Of a DNA stretch of 38,802 nucleotides, positions 16,649-25,393 are shown piece after piece. Made by a program: the position numbers and the translations under genes. Numbering within the stretch: the first letter of the stretch is position 1; each line of letters begins with the position of its first letter. Source of the stretch: a virus (taxonomy: Duplodnaviria > Caudoviricetes); IMG/VR virus record IMGVR_UViG_3300048599_000745, positions 1-38,802 of that record. One strand, given 5' to 3'. The notes under the pieces are model-generated. The model made no database searches, was not told the DNA's origin, and saw only the letters and a program-made list of their open reading frames with translations.

Positions 16649-16842
16649 TCGTTTCCCTTATTTCCCCTCGACGCGGCAATAAAGAAAGCCTGATGTTTCC
16701 TGTGGCGGAACTGCAACTATATCCAACCCTCAGACGCGCAACGACAAAACGCGCGTGCTCTTGTGCAGTTGACATCGAATGCCCGCCCATGCCGCGCTTC
16801 CGCGCGCGCACTCACCCTCTCTCTCAACTGATCGGCTGACCC

Positions 16843-17361
16843 ATGCCCAAGCGCGTCCCATCCGTCGTCGCCACCGCTCTCTCCAAGACCGACGACATCA
16901 CCAAGCAGCGCCGCAAAGCCCGCACCACCGCCGGTGATGACGGCCTCACGCCCATCGAGCGTCGCTTCATCGAAATCGTCATGAGCGAGGACCTCACCGA
17001 GACCGAGGCATACCGCCGCGCATCCGGTTGCAAGTCCGATGCAGGAGCAAGAGTGGGTGTTTGCCGCCTGAAGCAAAGGCCAGAGGTTCAGCGCGCGATC
17101 GTCGCCGCGGCCGGTAAGACGCTCGGAGGCGCAACGCTGGTCGCTGCCAAGCGTCTGGCAAAGCTCGCAGATTCCGCGAGCAGTGAATATGTGCAGGCCG
17201 ATGCAGCGAAGAGCATCTTGGCCAGCGCCGGCCTGACGACGCAGCAACAGCCAGGCCAGGGCGCGGGCGGCGGGATCTCGGTCACCATCAACCTCGGGCG
17301 CTACTCGGACACACCAGATGTTGTGATCGATGGCCATTCCGCACGGGTGGATGCGAAGTAG
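16843..17361 (+). CDS. terS: Terminase small subunit
   Basis: LTPIERRF...TETEAYRRASG HTH, helical core, ISVTINLG beta tail; upstream of terL; TTGACA at 16769-16774. Confidence 0.8.
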   Translation: MPKRVPSVVATALSKTDDITKQRRKARTTAGDDGLTPIERRFIEIVMSEDLTETEAYRRASGCKSDAGARVGVCRLKQRPEVQRAIVAAAGKTLGGATLVAAKRLAKLADSASSEYVQADAAKSILASAGLTTQQQPGQGAGGGISVTINLGRYSDTPDVVIDGHSARVDAK

Positions 17362-17567
17362 TTCGGAATGCGGGCAGCGATCGGCCACCTGCGCGCGATG
17401 ACCTGCTGATCAAGGATCAGCGGCGGGCGCGGGGGGTGGGGGGTCGAAACCAGGCGCGCGGCCGCAGCGACCCGGGGGGTCGAAAATCCGCGCGCACGAT
17501 CGCCGCTTCCCCTCTCACACACGATTTCCCCCGCTCTGGTGCCTCGTGGTGATTTTGGATTTTCCGC

Positions 17568-17741
17568 TTAGGATTTCTCAGGAAACAGGGTCTTCGCGAT
17601 GAGGACCGTGAGGAGGGATATGGGCGCGAGCACGAGGCGCAGGATCGAGTAGCCTACCCCGAGCGCAAAGCCCATCTGGGCGAAGTTGAGGAATTCCTTG
17701 AAGCTCATCCAGTCGACGTCGCTGAAAGGTCCGCCGGTCAT
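17568..17741 (-). CDS. Small membrane protein antisense to the late operon (57 aa)
   Basis: MTGGPFSDVDW...GFALGVGYSILRLVLAPISLLTVLIAK hydrophobic stretch; fills the terS-terL gap. Confidence 0.55.
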   Translation of the reverse strand: MTGGPFSDVDWMSFKEFLNFAQMGFALGVGYSILRLVLAPISLLTVLIAKTLFPEKS

Positions 17742-17781
17742 GCTGGCCCCCATTTGCCGTTGAGCGCGAAGCGAACCATGG

Positions 17782-17796
17782 CGGTGCGTTGAGGGC
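17782..17796 (+). promoter_or_regulatory. Late-promoter motif copy 1 (terL)
   Basis: CGGTGCGTTGAGGGC; its TTG is 36 nt before the in-frame GTG at 17825. Confidence 0.75.
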
Positions 17797-17824
17797 AAGG
17801 GCGGGCGCCGGCGAAATGGCTGGC

Positions 17825-19381
17825 GTGGCCGAGCCGATCACATTCCATTACGAGCCGGACGGGCGGGTGTTGGACGCTTTCATGCGTTCGGACAGCTTCG
17901 TCCGCGGCATTCGAGGGCCGTGGGGGTCCGGGAAGTCGGCGGCCTGCTGTGTCGAGATTTTCCGGCGGGCGCTTGGCCAGGCGCCAGATCGGCACGGGGT
18001 GAGGCGGACCCGCTGGGCGGTGATCCGCAACACCGGCCCCCAGCTCAAAATGACCACCATCAAGACCTGGCTGCAGTGGTTCCCGGAGCATGTCTTCGGG
18101 AAATTCACGCAATCGCCGCCGTTCCGGCACTCGATGCGGCTCGGCCCGCTGCCGGACGGGACGGTGATGGAGGCCGAGGTCTACTTCATCGCGATGGACG
18201 ATCCCAGCGACGTCGACACGCTGTATTCGCTGGAGCTGACCGGCGCCTGGATCAACGAGGCGCGCTTCGTTCCGAAAGAGGCGATCGACGCGGTGACCGG
18301 CCGCGTGAACCGCTATCCGTCGATGAAGGACGGCGGGGCGAGCTGGGCGGGCGTGATCATGGACACGAACGCGCCGGCGGCGGATCACTGGTGGGCGATC
18401 ATGTCGGGCGAGAAGCCGGCGCCGGAATGGATGTCGGAGGCCGACAAGCTGACGATGGTGAAGCCGGCCAATTGGCAGTTCTACACCCAGCCGCCGGCGA
18501 TGCTGGAGACCTTCAGCGAGAAGGGCGAGCTGACCGGCTACGAGGTCAACCGCGGCCAGCGCGCTGGCATCTTCCCGGCGGAGAACCTGAAGAACCTGGC
18601 GCCGACCTATTACCAGGACACGATCCAGGGCAAGACGCGGTCCTGGATCGAGGTCAACATCCTCAACCGCTACGGCTCGACCTTCGACGGGAAAGCCGTG
18701 CAGATGTCCTTCCGCGCGGAGATCCACGTTGCGAAGGAGGTGCTGAAGCCGATCCCGGGCCTCGATGTCTGGGTGGGCCTCGACTTCGGCCGCACGCCGG
18801 CAGCGCTCTTCGGTCAGCGACAATCGCTGCGCTGGTTCATCCCGTACGAGCTGGTGACGCGCGATATGGCGACGTCGCAATTCGCGCCGGTGCTCAAGGC
18901 ATTCTGCGCTTCCCGGTTCCCGCCGGGCACCAAATTCCACTTCTACGGCGATCCCTCGGGCGGCTATCCCGGACAGACCGATGACGCCACGCCCTTCGAC
19001 ATCCTGCGGGCGCACGGAATCCACGTCTACCCGACCCACACCAACGATTTTCAGATCCGTGTCGAGGCCGTCGAAAGCGTCCTCACCCGGATGGAGGACG
19101 GTAAGCCCTGCTGCGTCGTGTCGCCGATTTGCTCCACGGTCATCGCCGGCTGGGAAGGCGGCTATCACTTCCGCCGGCTGCAGATCAGCGGGACGCAGGA
19201 GCTGTACGCGCAAGAGCCGGTGAAGAACCGTTATTCCCACGTCTGCGAGGCCGGCCAATACATGCTGCTCGGCGCCGGAGAGGGTCGCGACCTGGTGAGC
19301 CATCGGCGGGATTTCAAGCCGGTGGTGGCGCCACGCGGCGGGTCGATCTGGCAGCGGCACGGCCTGCGGCGGAGGGGCTGA
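17825..19381 (+). CDS. terL: Terminase large subunit (start GTG 17825 or ATG 17816)
   Basis: Walker A GPWGSGKS, Walker B GAWINEAR, MDTN coupling motif, GLDFG nuclease motif, SHVCEAGQY. Confidence 0.95.
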   Translation: MAEPITFHYEPDGRVLDAFMRSDSFVRGIRGPWGSGKSAACCVEIFRRALGQAPDRHGVRRTRWAVIRNTGPQLKMTTIKTWLQWFPEHVFGKFTQSPPFRHSMRLGPLPDGTVMEAEVYFIAMDDPSDVDTLYSLELTGAWINEARFVPKEAIDAVTGRVNRYPSMKDGGASWAGVIMDTNAPAADHWWAIMSGEKPAPEWMSEADKLTMVKPANWQFYTQPPAMLETFSEKGELTGYEVNRGQRAGIFPAENLKNLAPTYYQDTIQGKTRSWIEVNILNRYGSTFDGKAVQMSFRAEIHVAKEVLKPIPGLDVWVGLDFGRTPAALFGQRQSLRWFIPYELVTRDMATSQFAPVLKAFCASRFPPGTKFHFYGDPSGGYPGQTDDATPFDILRAHGIHVYPTHTNDFQIRVEAVESVLTRMEDGKPCCVVSPICSTVIAGWEGGYHFRRLQISGTQELYAQEPVKNRYSHVCEAGQYMLLGAGEGRDLVSHRRDFKPVVAPRGGSIWQRHGLRRRG

Positions 19382-19818
19382 TGGACGAAACCCGCGCGTT
19401 CCGGCCGTCGATCGATCGATGGTTTGTCGTCTTCGAGGACTGCGGCAATAACGTCTGGTGGCACCACCTGCTGCGCGCCGGCTTCAAGCATTGCTGGGCC
19501 TTCGGGTACGACATCGCCGCCAAGCGGTGGATCCGCTTCGAGGTGATCTTCGACGGCTGCGACATCCGCACCATGACGCATGCGGAGGTCGATGAGATCG
19601 TGGCGGAATGCCACCTACGGGGCTGGACCATCCTCGAGGTGGAGGTCGAGCGAGTGCGCCGGCCGCGGCTCCGGTTCCTGGCAAGCTGCGTCTCCGCGAC
19701 CGCGCACCTCTGCAATCTGCCCCAGGGTGCGGTGACACCCTACGCCCTCTACCGGAAGCTCCGGGCCTCAGGCGCGAAACCGGCCTTTGGGCTGCCGGCG
19801 GACAAGGGAGCGGATTGA
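19381..19818 (+). CDS. Permuted papain-like (NlpC/P60-related) protein
   Basis: GFKHCWA His...SCVS Cys...TPYALYRKL order; TGATG coupling. Confidence 0.65.
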   Translation: MDETRAFRPSIDRWFVVFEDCGNNVWWHHLLRAGFKHCWAFGYDIAAKRWIRFEVIFDGCDIRTMTHAEVDEIVAECHLRGWTILEVEVERVRRPRLRFLASCVSATAHLCNLPQGAVTPYALYRKLRASGAKPAFGLPADKGAD

Positions 19819-20021
19819 TGGGCGGTTCCAAGCAGCGAGGCCCCAGCGATGCTGAAAAGCGGCGCATTGCGGCCGCCGAGCAGGCGCGCAAAGAGGCCGA
19901 AGAGCTGAAGAAGAAGGAAGAGGAAGAGCGCCTGGCGCTCGCCCGCGGCATTCGCGGCAAGCGGTCCCTGCTGTCCGAAGCTGGCGGCTCGCTCGGGTTC
20001 CCGGCCCAGCTCGGGGGCTAA
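19818..20021 (+). CDS. Small pre-portal virion protein (T7 gp7.3-like position)
   Basis: MGG start, charged helix, RGKRSLLS...LGG end; directly before portal. Confidence 0.75.
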   Translation: MGGSKQRGPSDAEKRRIAAAEQARKEAEELKKKEEEERLALARGIRGKRSLLSEAGGSLGFPAQLGG

Positions 20022-21587
20022 ATGGCGAAGAAGACGCCCGCCCCAGCCGCCGCCGGGTTGGACGACGCCGAGATCAAGCGGTTTCTCGCCCGGTCCGAGG
20101 TCGCTCGCGTGAAGCACCAGGAAGTCGCGCGCATCATCGATGACTGCTACGAATATTGCCTGCCGCTCCGCCAGCGCAGCTACATGAGCAGCCCGGGTGA
20201 CCGGCGCACCGACCGGCTTTTCGACACCACAGCGTGCGAAGCGATCCAGGATTTCGCCTCGAACTGGCTGGACGACATCTGGCCGACTGATTCCGCGCCG
20301 TTCGCCTTCAACGCCGGCAAGGCCGTGGCGGATAACGTCCGCTCCGAGGTCGACCGCGCGCTGCAGCCGGTCGCCGAAGACATCATCGCCACCATCAACG
20401 ATTCCAACTTCCGCGCCGCCGCGCACGAGGCCGGCCTGGATTACGCGATCGCCAGTGGCGTCCTCATGATCGAGGACGGGGACGCGGTGGACCCGATCAA
20501 CTGCACCGCTCTCCCGCTCTCGGAATGCTGGCTCGGCCTGGGGCCGCGCGGCCGTAAGGATCGGCTGTACCGGCCCCGCAAGCTGAAGGTCAGCGACATC
20601 GAGGTGCTGTGGCCGAAAATGACTTGGCCGCAGGGCATGTCCGAGGCATCGAATCCGGATGCCGAGCTCGAGGTGCTGGAGGGCATCGAACGCGACTATT
20701 CGGTGCGCGGGACCGAGCGGTGGAACTATCGGGCGGTGCTGAAGGAGAAAGCCTACCCGATCGCCAGCGGCACCTATGAAGGCCATGGCTCTTGCCCCTT
20801 CATCGCGTTCGATTACATGCGCGTGGCGAGCGAGATCCTGGGCCGGGGCCCGGCGCAGATCGCCATGCCCGACATCAAGACCCTGAACCTGATCAAGGAA
20901 ATGATCCTCGAATACGGGGATCTCGCCATCGGCGGTCTGTGGCAGGCGGAAGACGATGGGGTGATCAACCCGGACACCATCGTGCTGGAGCCGCGCACCA
21001 TCATCCCGAAGGCGGCGGGCTCGAAGGGCCTGGAGGCTATCGAGATCGCCGGCGACTTCAACCTGTCGCAGATCGTGGTCGAAAACCTCCAGATGACCAT
21101 TCGGCGGGTCTTCAACATCAACGATCTGGGCCCGCCACAGGGCACCCCCGCTTCGGCGACCGAGATCCTGCAGCGGACCGCCGACCGCGCGAAGCGCCAG
21201 GCCGGCCCCTACAGCCGATCGATCACGGAATTCCTGTTCCCGGTGGTGCGCCGCGTCGCGCACATCCGCGTGAAGCAAGGCGCCATCAAGCTGCCGGCGA
21301 TCGATGGCCGCACCGTCGTCCTCAAGCCGCTGTCCCCGCTGACCCGCGCCCAGGCCCAGGATGAGATCCTGCGCCATGACCGCACGCTGGAGATGATCGC
21401 CGCGCGGTTCGGCCCGCAGGCGGTCAACCTACTGGTGAAGCAAGAAGAGTACGGCCAGTGGCTCGGCCAGAAGATGGGCTTCAACCCGAACCTGATGCGC
21501 AACAAGGTCGAGCTGAAGCAACTGGCGCAGATGGTGGCGAGCCTGGCACAGCAGGCGAACCAAGCCGGCGCGCCGGTGGCGGCCTGA
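20022..21587 (+). CDS. Portal / head-tail connector (T7 gp8 type)
   Basis: LFDTTA, SNFR, CPFI, EILGRGPA...PDIKTLN, SATEI, LSPLTRAQ motifs; 521 aa. Confidence 0.93.
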   Translation: MAKKTPAPAAAGLDDAEIKRFLARSEVARVKHQEVARIIDDCYEYCLPLRQRSYMSSPGDRRTDRLFDTTACEAIQDFASNWLDDIWPTDSAPFAFNAGKAVADNVRSEVDRALQPVAEDIIATINDSNFRAAAHEAGLDYAIASGVLMIEDGDAVDPINCTALPLSECWLGLGPRGRKDRLYRPRKLKVSDIEVLWPKMTWPQGMSEASNPDAELEVLEGIERDYSVRGTERWNYRAVLKEKAYPIASGTYEGHGSCPFIAFDYMRVASEILGRGPAQIAMPDIKTLNLIKEMILEYGDLAIGGLWQAEDDGVINPDTIVLEPRTIIPKAAGSKGLEAIEIAGDFNLSQIVVENLQMTIRRVFNINDLGPPQGTPASATEILQRTADRAKRQAGPYSRSITEFLFPVVRRVAHIRVKQGAIKLPAIDGRTVVLKPLSPLTRAQAQDEILRHDRTLEMIAARFGPQAVNLLVKQEEYGQWLGQKMGFNPNLMRNKVELKQLAQMVASLAQQANQAGAPVAA

Positions 21588-21940
21588 TGACCGCAAAGCG
21601 TTCCGAGGGCTGGGACATCTTTTCGAATGGTCGCACCCCGCGAGTCCTCTCCGCCGATGGGATCGTCAGCCGCAGCGCCGAAGATGAGCGCCGGCTAAAC
21701 GCACTGTTTGACAGGCTGTCGCACAATGCCGATTTCAAGGAGGCGGTGGCCTACCTGCGGTCCATCACTGTCGATTTCGTCCACGGAGACGCGGTCCAGC
21801 CGAACGCGCTTGTTCACCTTGAGGGGCAGCGCTGGATCGTGAAACTCATCGAGAGGAGAGCGGCCAATGGCCGGAGAGAACGAAACCAACCCCAACCCGA
21901 ATCCAAATCCAAATCCCGGCGGCCCGCCGGCCCGGCCTGA
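21587..21940 (+). CDS. Bbp19-like small head-morphogenesis protein
   Basis: AVAYLRSITV...LVHLEGQRWIVKLIERR; between portal and scaffold. Confidence 0.75.
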   Translation: MTAKRSEGWDIFSNGRTPRVLSADGIVSRSAEDERRLNALFDRLSHNADFKEAVAYLRSITVDFVHGDAVQPNALVHLEGQRWIVKLIERRAANGRRERNQPQPESKSKSRRPAGPA

Positions 21941-22697
21941 GTGGCTGCCGGAGAAGTTCTGGGATGCGTCGAAAAACGAGGCGCGCACCCAGGATCTGGC
22001 CCAATCCTTCTCGCATTTGGAAAAGAAATTCGGTGAGGGCAAGGCGGCCTATGACGCGGAGCGCCTGAAGGGGCGGCCGGAGAAGGTCGACGGCTACAGC
22101 CTCAAGTTCGACCCCGCCAAGCTGCCCCAGGGCCTGGTGATCCTGGACAAGGAGCCGGGCGCCGACTTCAAGCCGGAGCCCGGCAAGTCGTACTTCGTGC
22201 CGAAGGACGACGACATGATGAAATTCTGGCGCCAGCACTGCTTTGACAATGGCATCGGCCAGGACGGATTCCAGGCGGGTATCCTACAGTTCGCCAAGAT
22301 GATGGGCGCCGCGACGCCCACGCCCGAGCAGCTCGCCGCCTCGCGAAAGGAAACCTACGCGAAGCTCGGTGAGCACGGCGAGCAGCGGGTGCAGCACGTC
22401 TGGGGTCGCCTCCAGCATCTGCTCGGGGAGAAAGCGTCCACCCTGGATGAGCTGGTTGACACGCCGGAAGCGGTCGAAGCGCTGGAGGCGCTGCTGGAGC
22501 GCGCCGGCGAACCGAAATTCTCGCCCGGCGGCGGCGTGCCGAACGCTCAGGGTGCCTCGGCCGCGGCGGCGGAGATCAAGAAGCTCGAAGGCGATGCCGA
22601 GTTCCAGAAGAAGATCCTGGACCGGAATCATCCTGAGCACGCCGAGGCGTTCAAGAAGCTGCAAAAGCTGCACGAACAGGCCGCCCGCGCGGCCTAA
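21867..22697 (+). CDS. Capsid scaffolding protein
   Basis: RPEWLPEKFW...SFSHLEKKFG; RNHPEHAE C-terminal helix; before capsid; AGGAG SD. Confidence 0.85.
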   Translation: MAGENETNPNPNPNPNPGGPPARPEWLPEKFWDASKNEARTQDLAQSFSHLEKKFGEGKAAYDAERLKGRPEKVDGYSLKFDPAKLPQGLVILDKEPGADFKPEPGKSYFVPKDDDMMKFWRQHCFDNGIGQDGFQAGILQFAKMMGAATPTPEQLAASRKETYAKLGEHGEQRVQHVWGRLQHLLGEKASTLDELVDTPEAVEALEALLERAGEPKFSPGGGVPNAQGASAAAAEIKKLEGDAEFQKKILDRNHPEHAEAFKKLQKLHEQAARAA

Positions 22698-22713
22698 ACC
22701 ACCAACGCGCGTC

Positions 22714-22750
22714 CGGTGCGTTGAGCGCCGGGGCCGCACAGAAATAGGGT
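22714..22750 (+). promoter_or_regulatory. Late-promoter motif copy 2 (capsid)
   Basis: CGGTGCGTTGAGCGC (22714-22728); TTGAGC-18 nt-TAGGGT. Confidence 0.75.
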
Positions 22751-22916
22751 CGCGTCACTCGCTGATGCGGCCCTATTTGCTTTGACCGGCCCCGCAGGCA
22801 GCGCCAGGCCCCGGAAGGGACAACCAGGCCGCAGCCGACCAGGGACAACCGACCCTCCAAGCACAATCGGACAACCGACGTAGGCGCCCCCACTCAAACT
22901 CTGTGGAGAGCGGACT

Positions 22917-23831
22917 ATGTCCAATCAAATCACGACCGCGATGGTGGATACCTACCGGAGCGGCATCAACATGCTCGCGCAGCAGGTCAAATTCCGCCTG
23001 CAGGACGCCGTGATGCTCGAGAACGAGACCGGCAAGCGCGTTTCCTTCGACCAGGTTGGCGTGGTCGGCGCCCGCAAGCGCACGTCGCGCCATGCCGACA
23101 CGCCGCGCATCGACGTTCCGCATCGTCGGCGCTGGGTGTCGATGGGCGATTTCGAGCTGTCCGACCTCATGGATTGGTCGGATTTGCTCAAGATCCTCAA
23201 CAACCCCGGCGGCGCCTACAGCCGCGCCTTCATCGCCGCGCTGAACCGCGCGAAGGATGCCGACATCATCTCGGCGATGCTGGGCACGTCCTTCTCCGGC
23301 GAAGACGGCACCACCCCCATCACCCTCCCGTCCGGCCAGCAGATTGCGGCCGGCGGCACCGGCTTCACGCTGGGCAAGGTGCAGCAGGCGGCCGATCTGC
23401 TGATGGGCAAGGCGATCTTCGATGACACCGATGAGCTTCATGTCGCCTGGACGCGCAAGCAGGAAGGCGAATTCATGAACAACGCGGAGGTGAAGTCGGT
23501 CGACTACAACACTCAGCGCGTGCTCGTGAAGGGCACCATGTCCAAGGAAGGCGGGGGCGAGGGCTTTTACGGCTTCCAGTTCCACCGCCTGGAAGACTGG
23601 ACGGATGAGCTCGGTGCCACCCAGCGCATGCTGCCGAAGGTGTCGACCACCCGAACCTGCGTCGCCTGGGTCAAGTCCGGCGTCGTCCACAATGGCCCGA
23701 AGGAGCCCACCGTTCGGACCGATGAGATCCCGGGCAAGTCCTATTCCTGGCAGTACTACGCCTGCGGTTCGTTCGGCTCCACCCGTCTCCAAGAGGAGAA
23801 GGTGGTGCAGATCGACGTGGTCGAATCGTAA
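22917..23831 (+). CDS. Major capsid protein
   Basis: MSNQIT...LAQQ...RLQDAV, DTPRIDVPHRRRW, ALNRAKDADII, VKSVDYN, FYGFQF, GSTRLQEEKVVQI. Confidence 0.92.
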   Translation: MSNQITTAMVDTYRSGINMLAQQVKFRLQDAVMLENETGKRVSFDQVGVVGARKRTSRHADTPRIDVPHRRRWVSMGDFELSDLMDWSDLLKILNNPGGAYSRAFIAALNRAKDADIISAMLGTSFSGEDGTTPITLPSGQQIAAGGTGFTLGKVQQAADLLMGKAIFDDTDELHVAWTRKQEGEFMNNAEVKSVDYNTQRVLVKGTMSKEGGGEGFYGFQFHRLEDWTDELGATQRMLPKVSTTRTCVAWVKSGVVHNGPKEPTVRTDEIPGKSYSWQYYACGSFGSTRLQEEKVVQIDVVES

Positions 23832-23858
23832 CGCCAGGCGGGAGAGGAGACCACACCC

Positions 23859-24263
23859 ATGCCCACGAAAACCGCTATCGCCACCCTGATCGACGCCGGC
23901 AAGCTGCCGGATGTCCGCGATGTCGCGGGCCGCCTGAAGGCATTCAAGTTCGATGTGGTGTTCGCCTCGCAGGCGGCCGACTTCATCGAGCTGGGCGACC
24001 TGCCGGCAGGCTTCGATTTCCACTATGGCGTGATCCAGCAGGACACCACCAGCGGCGGCACCGCCACCATCGCCATCGGCATCTCCGGCACCACCGGTAA
24101 GTACCGAACCGCGGCGATCAACAACGGCACCGCGGCGATCATCTTCGGCAACTATGCGGCCCGCTTGACCGCCAAGGAACGTCTGCTGCTCACCGTTGCC
24201 GGCGCGGCCCTGCCCGCGTCCGGCAACATGAAGGTGATCATGTACGGCACGGTCGGAGACTAA
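23859..24263 (+). CDS. Putative capsid decoration/cement protein
   Basis: Small beta-rich ORF right after capsid; GAGGAG SD. Confidence 0.65.
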   Translation: MPTKTAIATLIDAGKLPDVRDVAGRLKAFKFDVVFASQAADFIELGDLPAGFDFHYGVIQQDTTSGGTATIAIGISGTTGKYRTAAINNGTAAIIFGNYAARLTAKERLLLTVAGAALPASGNMKVIMYGTVGD

Positions 24264-24275
24264 TCCACGGAAGGC

Positions 24276-24299
24276 GGGGCGGCTGGCGACGGCCGCCCC
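24276..24299 (+). other. GC stem-loop with GNRA tetraloop (no U-tract)
   Basis: GGGGCGGCTG-GCGA-CGGCCGCCCC after the capsid/decoration pair. Confidence 0.7.
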
Positions 24300-24315
24300 C
24301 AACCTTGAGGCCGAA

Positions 24316-24777
24316 ATGGCGATCAGAAACGCAGACGTTCTCGACTTCCTGCCGACGCTGGACACCAACGTCTATGCGGACGGCGATGTGCTGTTCGACA
24401 GCGCCGCTCTGGCCAACTTCGCCGAGCTGCCAGGCGAAGGCGGCATCCTGGATAGCATCCACGTCCTGGACGAAGATGACCAGGGCGTGGCGCTGGATCT
24501 GGTCTTCCTGAATGCCAACGTATCCCTCGGCACCTTCAACGTCACGCCGGCGATCACCGACGCCAACGCGCGGGCCAGCGTCGGCCTGGTCAAGGTCGCG
24601 GCTGCCGATTACATCGATCTGGGCGGCGCGCGCATCGCCACCTTGCGCGGCATCGGCCTGCGGATGAAGACCGCCCCCGGCCTGTCCTCGCTCTGGGTCG
24701 CCGGCATCACGCGCGGCGGCACCCCCACCTACACGGCCAACGGCCTCCGCTTCAAATTCGGCATCACTCAGGACTGA
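24316..24777 (+). CDS. Putative virion structural protein (beta-rich)
   Basis: GAGG SD; structural-module position. Confidence 0.7.
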   Translation: MAIRNADVLDFLPTLDTNVYADGDVLFDSAALANFAELPGEGGILDSIHVLDEDDQGVALDLVFLNANVSLGTFNVTPAITDANARASVGLVKVAAADYIDLGGARIATLRGIGLRMKTAPGLSSLWVAGITRGGTPTYTANGLRFKFGITQD

Positions 24778-24781
24778 CCCT

Positions 24782-24796
24782 CGGTGCGTTGAGGGC
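24782..24796 (+). promoter_or_regulatory. Late-promoter motif copy 3 (tail tube A)
   Basis: CGGTGCGTTGAGGGC; its TTG is 35 nt before ATG 24824; no SD. Confidence 0.78.
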
Positions 24797-24823
24797 GGGG
24801 CGCCGCTTTGCGAATGCTGCGCC

Positions 24824-25393
24824 ATGGCCGACACCGAATTCGACATCATCAACCGGGCGCTGGTGCAATGCGGGGCGAACCCGATTGCGGCCTATGACGA
24901 TTCGACCGAGGGTGTCACGGCCAAGCTGTTCTACGAGGCCACGGTGGCGGCCCGGCTCTCCGCCCGGAAATGGACCTTCGCCACCGAGCAATGGGAGCTG
25001 AACCGGCTGCTGTCGACGCCGCGCACGCGCTGGTCCGTTGCGTGGCAGCTCCCCACCGCAGCGCTCAAGGTCTGGTGGGTCGGCACCGGCGCAGACAGCA
25101 CCGTCAAGTTTGACCACCTCGGTGACAAGATCTTCACCGACGAAGGGGACATCCTCTTCTGCGAGGCGACCTTCCGCCAGGTTGAGGCCAAGTGGCCGGC
25201 GGATTTCACCGAGTTGATCGTGACCGATCTGGGGGCCATCTTCGCTCGCGCCATCCCGCGAGATCTCGAGTTGGCCAAGGATTTCCGCGCTGAGGCCGTC
25301 GAGCTGCGCGGGCCGATCGCTCGTTCCACCGATAGCATGACGCGGTCCACCCGCCGCCTGCGAGGCTCCCGCCTGATCGCCGTGAGGCGCTGA
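24824..25393 (+). CDS. Tail tubular protein A / adaptor (T7 gp11-like)
   Basis: DIINRALVQCGANPI...WTFA...WQLP...WPADF motifs. Confidence 0.88.
   Translation: MADTEFDIINRALVQCGANPIAAYDDSTEGVTAKLFYEATVAARLSARKWTFATEQWELNRLLSTPRTRWSVAWQLPTAALKVWWVGTGADSTVKFDHLGDKIFTDEGDILFCEATFRQVEAKWPADFTELIVTDLGAIFARAIPRDLELAKDFRAEAVELRGPIARSTDSMTRSTRRLRGSRLIAVRR

Noticed and set aside
17738-21377. Long minus-strand ORFs (540 and 542 aa) opposite terL and portal
   Set aside because: Antisense shadows with no recognisable domains
21885-21918. NPNPNPNP microsatellite-like stretch in scaffold/Bbp19 overlap
   Set aside because: Degenerate at DNA level; ordinary low-complexity linker
22917-24263. T7 10A/10B-type capsid frameshift into the next gene
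   Set aside because: No slippery sequence near the capsid stop, and the next gene has its own SD and ATG
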